A stretch of 64,000 bases of DNA from an uncultured Alphaproteobacteria bacterium (lineage in GTDB: Bacteria > Pseudomonadota > Alphaproteobacteria > HIMB59 > GCA-002718135). The notes beneath the pieces are model-generated. The model ran no database searches. It was not told where the DNA came from and saw only the letters and a list, made by a program, of their open reading frames with translations. Of the stretch, positions 20,079 to 30,057 are shown piece by piece. Made by a program: the position numbers and the translations under genes. Every line of letters starts with the position of its first letter. Position 1 is the first letter of the stretch. The DNA is taken from the NCBI GenBank assembly GCA_902621855.1, contig CACNNQ010000002.1, positions 154,731 to 218,730 of the forward strand, in the 5' to 3' direction.

Positions 20079-21422
20079 TTATATTGATAGGTTTGCTAAA
20101 TTTAAAGCTTTTTGTTGTTTTTCCATTAATTTTTTTGAATCAAAGTCTTCTATGAGTTCGTGGAATATTCTATACCAATTAACTTCAGCTTTTAAATGCA
20201 TAAATACTGAACCTAATCCTACTGCTGCTCTGTCCATAAAGACAAATTCTTTTGGAGGTTTAACACCACCTAATTTTTTAAGCTCTTGATGAACTTCAGA
20301 TGCAATTTGTGCTCCATAGATGCCGCTATCACTTTCTTGTATTTTTTGAACCTTATCTTCCATTAAAGGTGAATATAAAAACCCTGCCCATTTATTTAAT
20401 ACTTTTAGTTTTTCTTTTGTAATATCTGTAAATCCCCATTGTTCATATGCATAAACTGCCTTAGAATTATCATTTTCTTGAAGAGCAAAGTACAAGTCAA
20501 TTACACCTTGAATGAAGTTGCCATTAAAGATTCTCATACAACCAAAATCATATATATTAATGCTAAGATCTTTTTTTTGGACAGAATAATTTCCTAAATG
20601 TGGATCTCCATGAAGAACACCGTATTCAAAAAAAGGTTTATACCACGCTTTATACATATTTGATGCCAATGTATTTCTTATTTCCTTAGAAGATTTCTTA
20701 AAGTTCAAAATAGGATCACCATCAAGCCAACTCATAGTCAATAATCTCTTTGTTGATAATTTATCGTAGGTTTTTGGAACATGAACAAAATTTATATTTG
20801 AAAATATATTTCTAAATACAGCCATTAATTTTTTTTCTCTTTCATAATCTAACTCTTCTTTAAGTCTATCAGTGATTTCTTTGTAGACCTCATCAGTTTT
20901 TATGGCTTTGTTATAAGACTGATAAATTGAAAAAATCATTTTTAATTGTGAAAGATCAGCACTAACTGCAGAAGCCATATCAGGATATTGAAGTTTACAA
21001 GCGACAATTTCACTATTTTTAATTTTAGCTTTATGAACTTGTCCTAAAGAAGCTGCCCTTGTTGCCTCTTTATCAAAATCAATAAAATTTTTTTGCCAGT
21101 CCTGCTTTAATTCTGCAGCCATTCTTCTTTTAACAAACAACCATCCCATCGGTGGAGCATTTGACTGTAAATGCATAAGCTCTTGCGCATACTCATCAGG
21201 AAGTAAGTCAGGTATGGTGGCTGATAATTGTGCTACTTTCATCAAAGGACCTTTAATACTTCCAAGAGCAGCTCTTATTTCTGATGCATGTTTTTCTTTG
21301 TCCAGCTTGACACCTAAATATCTTTGACTGGCAAGCTTAGTGGCTAATTTTCCAACAACTCCACCTACTTTTGCATACCTAGTTAGTTGTTTTGTAAGAG
21401 ATTTTGCTTCTTTATCTTTCAT
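20079..21422 (-). CDS. ABC1/UbiB-family atypical protein kinase
   Basis: Motifs AASLGQVHKA and LHGDPHLGN are present. Length is 447 aa. Confidence 0.82.
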   Translation of the reverse strand: MKDKEAKSLTKQLTRYAKVGGVVGKLATKLASQRYLGVKLDKEKHASEIRAALGSIKGPLMKVAQLSATIPDLLPDEYAQELMHLQSNAPPMGWLFVKRRMAAELKQDWQKNFIDFDKEATRAASLGQVHKAKIKNSEIVACKLQYPDMASAVSADLSQLKMIFSIYQSYNKAIKTDEVYKEITDRLKEELDYEREKKLMAVFRNIFSNINFVHVPKTYDKLSTKRLLTMSWLDGDPILNFKKSSKEIRNTLASNMYKAWYKPFFEYGVLHGDPHLGNYSVQKKDLSINIYDFGCMRIFNGNFIQGVIDLYFALQENDNSKAVYAYEQWGFTDITKEKLKVLNKWAGFLYSPLMEDKVQKIQESDSGIYGAQIASEVHQELKKLGGVKPPKEFVFMDRAAVGLGSVFMHLKAEVNWYRIFHELIEDFDSKKLMEKQQKALNLANLSI

Positions 21423-21426
21423 TAAT

Positions 21427-23223
21427 TTATTCTTCTAATTGGTCAATAAGATCATCAATAACATTAACTCCTTTTTGCCAGAAATCTTTTTTCTTCGGAT
21501 TTAATCCAAATGGTTTCAAAAGTTTATCATATGTATCACTACCGCCACTCTCTAATAGAGTAATGTATTTGTCTTCAAATTTAGATAGTTTACTCTCATA
21601 AACGTTATAAAGAGAATTAACAAGACAATCGCCAAAAGCGTATGCATAAACATAAAATGGTGAGTGAATAAAATGCGGTACATAACTCCAAAAGTATTTG
21701 TAATCATCATTAAATTTTATTGATGGACCTAAACTTTGCTTTTGAACATCAATCCAGATTTTGCAAATCTCGTTAACACTTAATTCCTTTATTTTTCTTT
21801 GATCATGAATACGTTTTTCAAATTCAAAAAATGCAATCTGCCTTACAACAGTGTTAAGCATATCTTCGACTTTATTTGCTAAAAGTCCCTTACGCTCTTT
21901 TTCTTTTGTAGTTATGGATAAAAGTGATTTAAAAGTTAACATTTCTCCAAAAACACTTGCAGTTTCAGCAAGAGTTAAAGGTGTTGAAGAGTTAAAATAA
22001 GATTGTTTTTGTCCTGCTAAGTATTGATGAATACCATGTCCTAGTTCATGAGCAAGCGTCGCAATATCTCTAGCTTTACCCTGGTAATTCACAAGTATAA
22101 ATGGATGAACTGATGGAACAGTAGAAGCAGCAAATGCACCAGGAGATTTCCCTGGAATTACAGGGGCGTGTATCCACGAATTATCAAAAAATTTATTTAC
22201 AATATCTCCTGCTCTCTTGTCAAAATTTGAATATGCATCAGTTACAATTCGTCTTGCATCTTTCCAGGAATAAATACTATGCGATTGAAAAGGAAGAGGT
22301 GCATTTCTATCCCAATACATTAATGATTTTTTTTTAAACCATTTAGATTTTATTTTATAATAACGATGAGCAATTTTTGGATAATTTTCTTTTATTGTTT
22401 CAGTTAAGGCTTCTACAACTTCATCTTCAACTACGTTAGATAAATTTCTTGAACTGACTGGGTTTGGCAAGCCTCTCCATTTATCATTAATTGCTTTATC
22501 TTTAGCAAGATTGTTAGTAATAGATGCAAACAAACCAATATTATCTTTTAAAACAGCAGATACAACTTCAGCTGATTTTTTCCGATTTGATTCTTTTTTA
22601 TCAGAAAGAAAATTAAAAATTTCAGCACTAGATAGTTTTTTTCCCCTAAAAGGAAATTTAAGTGAAGCAATTGTATCATCAAATAATCTAACCCAGGCAG
22701 ATCTAGACGTAATACTTTTTTCTTGAAGTAGTTTTTCTGTTTTTACATCCAATTGATAAGGTTTAAATTTTCTAATATTTTTTATCCAATTTTTGTAAAT
22801 TTTTAGTTTTTCATCAGCGTAAATCTTTTTCAAATTTTTTTCAGAAATTTCATTTATCTCAAGACTAAAGAAAACTATTGAAGATGCTATATTTGTGATT
22901 TGCTCCTGCATTTGTTGATAAAAAATTTTATTTCTTTCATTGTTACCATCCTCAGCAACCAAAAGGTGTGCATAAGACATAATCTTGTCCATTTTTGTAT
23001 CAATGTCCTCTAATTCAATGATAGCTTTCAAGAGCTGATTAGGACTGAGATTAGCGATTTTGGATGCGTATTTTTTCTCAAACTTTTTAGTAGATATTCT
23101 GAGCTTATTTAAATCATTATTTAGTTTCTTAGATTTTGGCGATTCATATAAATCCTTTAAATTCCAAATTGGTAGTTTTCCGAGGATATTTTTTGTTGAA
23201 TTTTGATAACTTTTTTGTTTCAT
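21427..23223 (-). CDS. pepF: Oligoendopeptidase F family (M3B metallopeptidase)
   Basis: Zinc motif HELGHGIH. Length of 598 aa and overall M3 pattern. Confidence 0.85.
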   Translation of the reverse strand: MKQKSYQNSTKNILGKLPIWNLKDLYESPKSKKLNNDLNKLRISTKKFEKKYASKIANLSPNQLLKAIIELEDIDTKMDKIMSYAHLLVAEDGNNERNKIFYQQMQEQITNIASSIVFFSLEINEISEKNLKKIYADEKLKIYKNWIKNIRKFKPYQLDVKTEKLLQEKSITSRSAWVRLFDDTIASLKFPFRGKKLSSAEIFNFLSDKKESNRKKSAEVVSAVLKDNIGLFASITNNLAKDKAINDKWRGLPNPVSSRNLSNVVEDEVVEALTETIKENYPKIAHRYYKIKSKWFKKKSLMYWDRNAPLPFQSHSIYSWKDARRIVTDAYSNFDKRAGDIVNKFFDNSWIHAPVIPGKSPGAFAASTVPSVHPFILVNYQGKARDIATLAHELGHGIHQYLAGQKQSYFNSSTPLTLAETASVFGEMLTFKSLLSITTKEKERKGLLANKVEDMLNTVVRQIAFFEFEKRIHDQRKIKELSVNEICKIWIDVQKQSLGPSIKFNDDYKYFWSYVPHFIHSPFYVYAYAFGDCLVNSLYNVYESKLSKFEDKYITLLESGGSDTYDKLLKPFGLNPKKKDFWQKGVNVIDDLIDQLEE

Positions 23224-23279
23224 ATTTAACTATTTCGATATAGGTCTAATATCTTTGCTTTGTAGGGAGGACAGACAGC

Positions 23280-25082
23280 ATGATTGTTAATTTTGACGAG
23301 TTTAATAACATACCGGGTATATTTTATCATCAAGCAAATAATTTAAAAGATCAACCATATTTATGGAAGAAAGAGAATGATAAATATGTTTCTTTAAGTT
23401 GGTCACAAGTAAAAGAACAAGTCGAAAGCTTAGCAACATACTTAAAAGATCTGGGTATTTTAGAAGGTGATAGAGTATTAATTTTATCTGAAAATAGACC
23501 TGAATGGCAAATCACTGATTTAGCAATAATGTCCATAGGAGCAATTTCAGTGCCTGCTTATACAACAAGCACAACTAATGACTATAAATATATTATTGAG
23601 CATTCTGGTGCTAGATGTGCCATCGTATCATCACACGAGTTAATGAAAAAAGTTCTACCTGCAATAGAAAAAATTTCACATTGTCAAAATGTAATAAAAA
23701 TTAATGATGATAATGAAACTTATACCGAAGTTGTAAATATTTTATCATACAATAAAATTATAAATGACAATTTAGAAAAAAGTAAAAATTCTAATAAAAT
23801 AGAAGAGTTAACAAAAAATTTTAAAAGAAAAGATACAGCATGTATTATTTATACATCAGGTACTGGAGGTAATCCTAAGGGAGTGATGTTAAGTCATGGA
23901 GCTATGCTAAGAAACTGTGCTTCCTGTGATAAATTACTTGAGAGTCTTACTAGTGATTTAACAAAAGAAATTAGATATTTATCATGGTTACCTTTATCTC
24001 ATTCATATGAGCATACTTTACAATTTTTAGAAATGGGGCAAGGCGCACAAATCTATTACGCTGAAAGTATAGATAAATTATTAGTAAATATGTCTGAGGC
24101 AGCACCACATTTTATGACAGCTGTTCCAAGATTTTATGACTCTTTGCACACACGTATTTCACAAGGCTTAAAAAACCAAAGTAAATTAAGTCAACGCTTC
24201 TTTGCAATTACATTAAATCTAGGAAAGAAAAAATATTTTGGTGAGCAAATGAGCTTCTCTGAAAGATTTATGAATGGATTGATGGATAGGATAGTAAGAA
24301 AAAAAGTTAAGAAAAGATTTGGCGGAAGTCTCAGAGCATTGATATCCGGAGGCGCAGCACTAAATTTTGAAGTTGGATTATACCTAAGCGCCCTTGGCCT
24401 TCCACTACTTCAAGGCTACGGACAAACTGAAACGGCTCCTGTTATTTCTGCAAACCCTCCTGAAAAAATTAAATTAGATACTGTTGGAAAAGTTCTGCAA
24501 GGAAATGAAGTAAAAATTTCTGAAGACGGAGAAATTTTAGCTCGTGGTGAACTAATTATGAATGGTTATTGGAATGATCCTGAGTCAACTAATAAAACTA
24601 TAATTGATGGGTGGGTTCATACAGGTGATATTGGTGAATTTGATGAAGAAGATTATTTAAAAATAACGGATAGGAAAAAAGATATTATTGTAAATGCTGG
24701 TGGAGATAATATTTCTCCTTCAAGAATAGAGGCAAAACTAGATATTGAACCTGAAATTGCTCAATCAATGTTATATGGAGATTTCAAAAATTACCTAGTT
24801 GCAATCCTGGTCCCTAATAAAGATTTAGCTTTAGAATGGGCAAAAGAAAATAATGTTGAGGGCGATTTAAATAAAATAATTCAAAATTCTTCATTTGATA
24901 AAAAGATGAAGGAAGTTGTAGATAAAGTCAATAAAAGCCTCTCCAGTATTGAACAAATAAGAAAATTTATTCTCATTGATCACGAGTTTACAATTGAAAA
25001 CAATATGATGACTCCTTCCATGAAAGTAAGAAGGTTTAAAGTAAAAGAGATGTATGGAGAGAATTTAGAAAAACTATATTAA
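23280..25082 (+). CDS. Long-chain acyl-CoA synthetase (AMP-forming)
   Basis: AMP-binding motif IYTSGTGGNPKGVMLSH, plus GYGQTET and TGDIGEFDEEDYLKITDRKKD. The RBS-like GGGAGG lies upstream. Confidence 0.85.
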   Translation: MIVNFDEFNNIPGIFYHQANNLKDQPYLWKKENDKYVSLSWSQVKEQVESLATYLKDLGILEGDRVLILSENRPEWQITDLAIMSIGAISVPAYTTSTTNDYKYIIEHSGARCAIVSSHELMKKVLPAIEKISHCQNVIKINDDNETYTEVVNILSYNKIINDNLEKSKNSNKIEELTKNFKRKDTACIIYTSGTGGNPKGVMLSHGAMLRNCASCDKLLESLTSDLTKEIRYLSWLPLSHSYEHTLQFLEMGQGAQIYYAESIDKLLVNMSEAAPHFMTAVPRFYDSLHTRISQGLKNQSKLSQRFFAITLNLGKKKYFGEQMSFSERFMNGLMDRIVRKKVKKRFGGSLRALISGGAALNFEVGLYLSALGLPLLQGYGQTETAPVISANPPEKIKLDTVGKVLQGNEVKISEDGEILARGELIMNGYWNDPESTNKTIIDGWVHTGDIGEFDEEDYLKITDRKKDIIVNAGGDNISPSRIEAKLDIEPEIAQSMLYGDFKNYLVAILVPNKDLALEWAKENNVEGDLNKIIQNSSFDKKMKEVVDKVNKSLSSIEQIRKFILIDHEFTIENNMMTPSMKVRRFKVKEMYGENLEKLY

Positions 25083-25369
25083 GTTTTTCCTTTATCAAAC
25101 TTTTCTTTTTGTTCAGGAGTTATTTCTTTTTGAAATTTTGTTTTCCACTCTGCGTATGGCATACCATAGATCATTTCTCGTGCCTCATCGTATGAAATAG
25201 AAATATTTTTCTTCTCTGCAGCACTAACATACCATTTTGAAAGACAGTTTCTGCAAAAACCTGACAAATTCATTAAATCAATATTTTGAACATCTGTTCT
25301 ATTTTTTAGATGATGAATTAATCTTTCTGCAACATCAGCAAGTAAATCTCTATCAAATTTTTTGGTCAT
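25079..25369 (-). CDS. DUF1244 family protein
   Basis: RTDVQNIDLMNLSGFCRNCLSKWY matches the conserved DUF1244 core as I recall it. Confidence 0.7.
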   Translation of the reverse strand: MTKKFDRDLLADVAERLIHHLKNRTDVQNIDLMNLSGFCRNCLSKWYVSAAEKKNISISYDEAREMIYGMPYAEWKTKFQKEITPEQKEKFDKGKT

Positions 25370-25422
25370 ATTACGTAAATAAATTATATAAATCTTTTTT
25401 TGTGATATATATACAATAATTA

Positions 25423-26859
25423 ATGAAACGTAACAGAAAAGCTAAGATTTTAGCTACCTTAGGGCCTGCATCATCAGATAAAAAAATAATAGAAGATTTA
25501 TTTGTGGCTGGATGTGATGTTTTTAGATTAAATTTTTCACATGGTGATTTAGAAACTCATAGAAAAAATTATGAAACTATTAGATCTCTTGAAGAAAAAC
25601 ATAATCATGCATCATGCATATTAGCTGACTTACAAGGGCCCAAGTTAAGAGTGGGTACATTCAGGAATACAAAAGAAAATTTAGTTAAAGGTCAAAATTT
25701 TGTATTAGATCTTTCAACTGCACCTGGAGATAATAATCGGGTTAACTTTCCACATGAAGAAATTTATGATTTTTTAACACCTAATTCTATTTTGTTAATA
25801 AATGATGGAAGGATTAGATTACAGGTTATTGAACAAAAAAAAGACAGTTTAATTACAGAAGTTTTAAATGATGCTGAAATCTCAAATAACAAAGGTGTAA
25901 ATATTCCAGATGTTATTCTTCCAATAGACGCTCTTACCAAAAAAGATAAATCTGATCTTATGAAGGCGTTAGATATGGGGGTTGACTGGGTTGCACTTTC
26001 TTTCGTGCAACAAGCAGAGGATATACACAAATTAAAAAAAATAATTAACAACAAAGCACTCGTGATGGCAAAAATTGAAAAACCTTCAGCGGTAAAAAAT
26101 ATTGATGATATTATAAATGCTGCAGATGGTATTATGATAGCTAGAGGTGATTTAGGTGTTGAAATGCCAACAGAACAAGTTCCGATAGTTCAAAAAAATA
26201 TTATTAAAAGATGTAGACACTTTGGTAAACCAGTTGTTGTTGCAACACAAATGCTTGAAAGTATGATTGAAAATCTTGTGCCAACGAGAGCGGAAGCATC
26301 TGATGTTGCTAATGCAATTTACGATGGAGCAGATGCTGTAATGTTGTCTGGTGAATCTGCCGTTGGAGCACATCCAATTGAAGTAGTAAGAACGATGAAT
26401 AAAATTTTAGAATATGTTGAAAATGATAAAAATAATTATGATTTACGCATTGTACAAGAAAATGTTGATGATGTTGATAATACAGATGCAATAACTTTAG
26501 CGGCTTACTCAATTGCAAAAAAATCAAATGCAAAAGCAATAATTACATTTTCTGTAAGTGGAAGAACAACGACTAGAATGGCTAGAGAAAGGGCACCAGT
26601 TCAAATTGTTGGTTTATCTCCAAATATTAATACTACAAGAAAAATGCAATTATACTGGGGTGTAAATTCCTGTCATACACAAGAAGATGCCCAAAATGCA
26701 CAAGATATGGTTAATATTGCATGTTCAATTGCAAAAAATAAAAAATTAGTACAACCTGGAGATAATGTGGTTATTTCTGCTGGTGTACCATTTGGAAGTG
26801 CTGGTACTACTAATCTACTTAGATTGGCTGAAATAATTGCTGATAAAGATCTTAAGTAA
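25423..26859 (+). CDS. pyk: Pyruvate kinase
   Basis: Motifs present: KILATLGP, FRLNFSHG, MIARGDLGVEMP, VATQMLESM. Length is 478 aa. Confidence 0.93.
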   Translation: MKRNRKAKILATLGPASSDKKIIEDLFVAGCDVFRLNFSHGDLETHRKNYETIRSLEEKHNHASCILADLQGPKLRVGTFRNTKENLVKGQNFVLDLSTAPGDNNRVNFPHEEIYDFLTPNSILLINDGRIRLQVIEQKKDSLITEVLNDAEISNNKGVNIPDVILPIDALTKKDKSDLMKALDMGVDWVALSFVQQAEDIHKLKKIINNKALVMAKIEKPSAVKNIDDIINAADGIMIARGDLGVEMPTEQVPIVQKNIIKRCRHFGKPVVVATQMLESMIENLVPTRAEASDVANAIYDGADAVMLSGESAVGAHPIEVVRTMNKILEYVENDKNNYDLRIVQENVDDVDNTDAITLAAYSIAKKSNAKAIITFSVSGRTTTRMARERAPVQIVGLSPNINTTRKMQLYWGVNSCHTQEDAQNAQDMVNIACSIAKNKKLVQPGDNVVISAGVPFGSAGTTNLLRLAEIIADKDLK

Positions 26860-28054
26860 GCTTATTACAAGCTTCTTTTATTCTGTTGCACGCATCTTCT
26901 AGAATTACATCACTAGTTGCATAAGATAATCTAAAATAAGGTGATAAACCAAATGCTGCTCCATGAACCCCTGCTACGCCTTGATCTTCTAAAAGGTATG
27001 TCATGAAATCTTCATCATTGGATATATTGTTTCCATTTGGTGTCTTTTTTCCAATTATACCCTCGCAATTAGGATATACGTAAAAAGCTCCCTCTGGTTT
27101 TTGACATGTAATTCCATCGATACCATTTAATTTATTCAATACTAGATCTCTACGTTTCAAAAATTTTTTATTATGTTCATTTATAAAATCCTGTGGACCA
27201 GTTATTGCTTCAACCGCAGCAGCCATTGTAATTGAAGAGGTTGATGTTGTGCTTTGTGATTGTATTTTGTTCATAGCAGCAATAATCTCTTTCGGAGCTC
27301 CACAATATCCAAGTCTCCATCCTGTCATGCAATATGATTTTGAAACACCGTTTAGTGTCAAACATCTGTCTTTTAGTGAAGGCTCAAGAGAAGCAAGGGT
27401 ATGAAATTCTACGCCATCGTAAACAATTTTTTCGTATATATCATCACACATTATAAGAACATTAGGATACTTTTTTAAGATAAGAGCTAAATCTTCTAGC
27501 TCTTTTTTTGAATAAACTGAGCCTGTTGGATTACTAGGACTATTTAACATTAACCATTTTGTTTTGGGGTTTATATTTTTTTCTAATTGCTCTGGTGTAA
27601 TCTTAAAATTTTGTGACTGAGGACACTCAACTAAGACTGGCTTACCTTCTGCTAATAAAACAATATCTGGATAACTAACCCAAAAAGGAGCTGTTATAAT
27701 AACCTCATCTCCTGGATTAATTGTTGCCATCATAGCATTATAGATAATGTGTTTGCCTCCGACACCACATATGATTTCATCTAATTGGTAATCTAAATTA
27801 TTATCTTCTCTAAATTTTTTCTGAATTGCTTTTTGTAATTCTGGTGTACCTTTACCTGGTACATATTTAGTTTTACCTTCTTCCATCGCTGTAATAGCTG
27901 CATCTCTTATATTTTTTGGTGTGTTAAAGTCTGGCTCACCTGCTGCAAGAACAATTACATCCTTACCCTCATCCTTTAAAGCCTTGGCTTTGACGTTTAT
28001 ACCTACAGTCATCGAAGGTTTTATTTTACTCAGTCTATCTGCAACAAAATTCAT
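26852..28054 (-). CDS. Aspartate aminotransferase (class I PLP aminotransferase)
   Basis: PLP-lysine region NGVSKSYCMTGWRLGY, plus SPSNPTG. Length is 400 aa. Confidence 0.87.
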   Translation of the reverse strand: MNFVADRLSKIKPSMTVGINVKAKALKDEGKDVIVLAAGEPDFNTPKNIRDAAITAMEEGKTKYVPGKGTPELQKAIQKKFREDNNLDYQLDEIICGVGGKHIIYNAMMATINPGDEVIITAPFWVSYPDIVLLAEGKPVLVECPQSQNFKITPEQLEKNINPKTKWLMLNSPSNPTGSVYSKKELEDLALILKKYPNVLIMCDDIYEKIVYDGVEFHTLASLEPSLKDRCLTLNGVSKSYCMTGWRLGYCGAPKEIIAAMNKIQSQSTTSTSSITMAAAVEAITGPQDFINEHNKKFLKRRDLVLNKLNGIDGITCQKPEGAFYVYPNCEGIIGKKTPNGNNISNDEDFMTYLLEDQGVAGVHGAAFGLSPYFRLSYATSDVILEDACNRIKEACNKLT

Positions 28055-28864
28055 TTAAATTATAAAATGTTCAATAATTAGACTAGCACAAGTTAACAAC
28101 AAAAAAATAGCAAAAATCTTTCTTAATACTAACTTATCTATATTTGATGAAACTTTTGCACCAATTCCAGCAGTAAATATACTAGTTATTGAAATAAAAA
28201 AAACTATTATAAAATTTACGTAACCAAGAGAATAAATGGGAAGTTCATTAATATTTGACCCAGTGTACATAAATGTAAGTGTTCCTGGAAAAGCAATTAA
28301 AAAACCAAAAACAGCAGAGGTACCAACTGCTTCATGAATCTTTTTTGAAAACATTGTTAAAGTTGGAACACTAAAACTGCCACCACCTATACCAATTGTT
28401 GCAGATAAAAAACCAATAGAAGAGCTTATTGCAAAGTTAATTATATTCGATGAGGGTATATCGTTACTTACAATTATCGGGCTTTGTTGAAACAGCATAT
28501 TTAATGAAATCAAAAATGCTAGAGTTACAAAAAGTATTACTAAACTCTGTCCTGAAATAGAGCTCGCTGCAAATGAACCCACAATTGATCCTATTATTAT
28601 TCCGATTGCCCATTTTTTTACAATTATCAAATTTGTGTTTTTAAGCTTTATATGGGATTTTATAGAAGAAATTGAAGTAAAACAAATTACACCAAGAGAA
28701 GATGCTACCGCAACATGCATCACAATTTCAGAGTTGTAACCAAGATTAAGTAAAATAAAGTAAGTTACAGGTACAATTAATATTCCACCCCCAACTCCTA
28801 ATAATCCTGCAATAAAACCGGAGACTAGACCTGTTAATAAAAAAATAAATACTATTGAAGTCAA
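28055..28864 (-). CDS. TauE/SafE (DUF81) family anion exporter
   Basis: Internally duplicated polytopic membrane protein with GxGGG motifs (LLGVGGGILIVP; IGIGGGSFSVP). Confidence 0.8.
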   Translation of the reverse strand: MTSIVFIFLLTGLVSGFIAGLLGVGGGILIVPVTYFILLNLGYNSEIVMHVAVASSLGVICFTSISSIKSHIKLKNTNLIIVKKWAIGIIIGSIVGSFAASSISGQSLVILFVTLAFLISLNMLFQQSPIIVSNDIPSSNIINFAISSSIGFLSATIGIGGGSFSVPTLTMFSKKIHEAVGTSAVFGFLIAFPGTLTFMYTGSNINELPIYSLGYVNFIIVFFISITSIFTAGIGAKVSSNIDKLVLRKIFAIFLLLTCASLIIEHFII

Positions 28865-28929
28865 ATAAATTACCGTATTTTAAGTTTCATTAATGTAGTA
28901 AACAATTTAATATAAAAGTAAATAAGTCT

Positions 28930-30057
28930 ATGAAACATGTACATTGGATAGGAACCGGATTATCTTCTATACCAGGAATTAGAAGATTAGCTAAAAATTT
29001 AGATAATTTTACAGTATGGAATAGAACATTAGATAAGGCTATAAAGAGTATTGACCATATAGATAAAAACAATGTGAAAGCAAAACAGTTTGATATTGAT
29101 TTATTATTTAACGAAATAAATCCAGGTGATATTGTTATTTCTCAACTACCAGCAAACAAACATTTAGAAATAGCTAAACTTTGTTTAAAACATAAATGTC
29201 ATTTTGCATCTACTAGTTACCTTAATCCAGAGATAAATATGCTAAATTCAGAAGTAAAAAAAGAAAATTTAGTATTTATCAATGAGGTTGGTTTAGATCC
29301 AGGTATCGATCATTTTTTTTCTCATTTACTTGTCAGTGATCTTAAAAAAATCTCGACTGAAAAAACAGAAGTGGTTTATGAATCATATTGTGGGGGATTT
29401 CCAGCAATTCCAAATGATTTCAAATATAAATTTAGTTGGTCCCCAGCTGGAGTAATTAAGGCCTTAAACAATGATGCAAAATATATAACAAAAGGAAGAA
29501 TAAATACTGTAACTCCTTACAAATCTATTAGTTCTTATTTAATATCTGATGAAAAGTTTGAAGCTTATCCAAACAGAGATTCAACACCATATGTAAGTGA
29601 ATACTTGTTTGATGAGAAATGGAAAGTCAAAGAGTTCGTAAGAGGAACTTTGCGACTTGATGGTTGGAAAGAGGCATGGCAAGATATCTTTTCTATGCTT
29701 GAAAATAGATCAGATAATATAGATGCTGAAATCAATGAAAAAAGTGAAGAATTATTAAAAGATAATAAATACTTACCTGAGGAAGAAGATCGCGTTGTAC
29801 TTTCTGTAAAACTTAAAGCTTTTGAAAATGATAATAAAATATTTGATAGTTCTTATTTTCTAGATGAAAAAGGAAGTGGTGAAAATACCGCAATGGGCAA
29901 ACTTGTATCGATTACTTTATCAGCTGCAATTGATCTAATTATGGATAATAAAATTGAGTCTGGTGTTAAAACCGCACCACATAAAACAGAAGACATAATG
30001 TATTTTTTTAAAATTTTAAAAGATTATAAAATTAATATCCAACAAGAGAATGGATAA
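28930..30057 (+). CDS. Saccharopine dehydrogenase (L-glutamate-forming, LYS9/SDH-domain-like)
   Basis: N-terminal Rossmann motif (HWIGTGLSS) and the saccharopine dehydrogenase core GLDPGIDH. Length is 375 aa. Confidence 0.75.
   Translation: MKHVHWIGTGLSSIPGIRRLAKNLDNFTVWNRTLDKAIKSIDHIDKNNVKAKQFDIDLLFNEINPGDIVISQLPANKHLEIAKLCLKHKCHFASTSYLNPEINMLNSEVKKENLVFINEVGLDPGIDHFFSHLLVSDLKKISTEKTEVVYESYCGGFPAIPNDFKYKFSWSPAGVIKALNNDAKYITKGRINTVTPYKSISSYLISDEKFEAYPNRDSTPYVSEYLFDEKWKVKEFVRGTLRLDGWKEAWQDIFSMLENRSDNIDAEINEKSEELLKDNKYLPEEEDRVVLSVKLKAFENDNKIFDSSYFLDEKGSGENTAMGKLVSITLSAAIDLIMDNKIESGVKTAPHKTEDIMYFFKILKDYKINIQQENG

Noticed and set aside
790-26539. Many 60-107-aa ORFs in the supplied track lie antisense to, or out of frame within, long conserved genes. 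Examples: 790-972, 1829-2035, 2984-3253, 7086-7316, 9449-9679, 9743-9955, 9921-10118, 11314-11511, 12401-12661, 16582-16791, 17661-17873, 19347-19541, 22134-22337, 25764-26054, 26152-26539. Later examples include 31024-31245, 33642-33854, 35606-35818, 43894-44112, 44545-44868, 45582-45818, 46901-47095, 49473-49715, 51642-51848, 55336-55533, 56691-56969, 58247-58489 and 59600-59815.
   Set aside because: Each is fully embedded in a CDS with clear family motifs on the other strand or frame. Their products are low-complexity, with no recognisable motif. They are best explained as chance shadow ORFs of the real genes, so they are not reported as genes.
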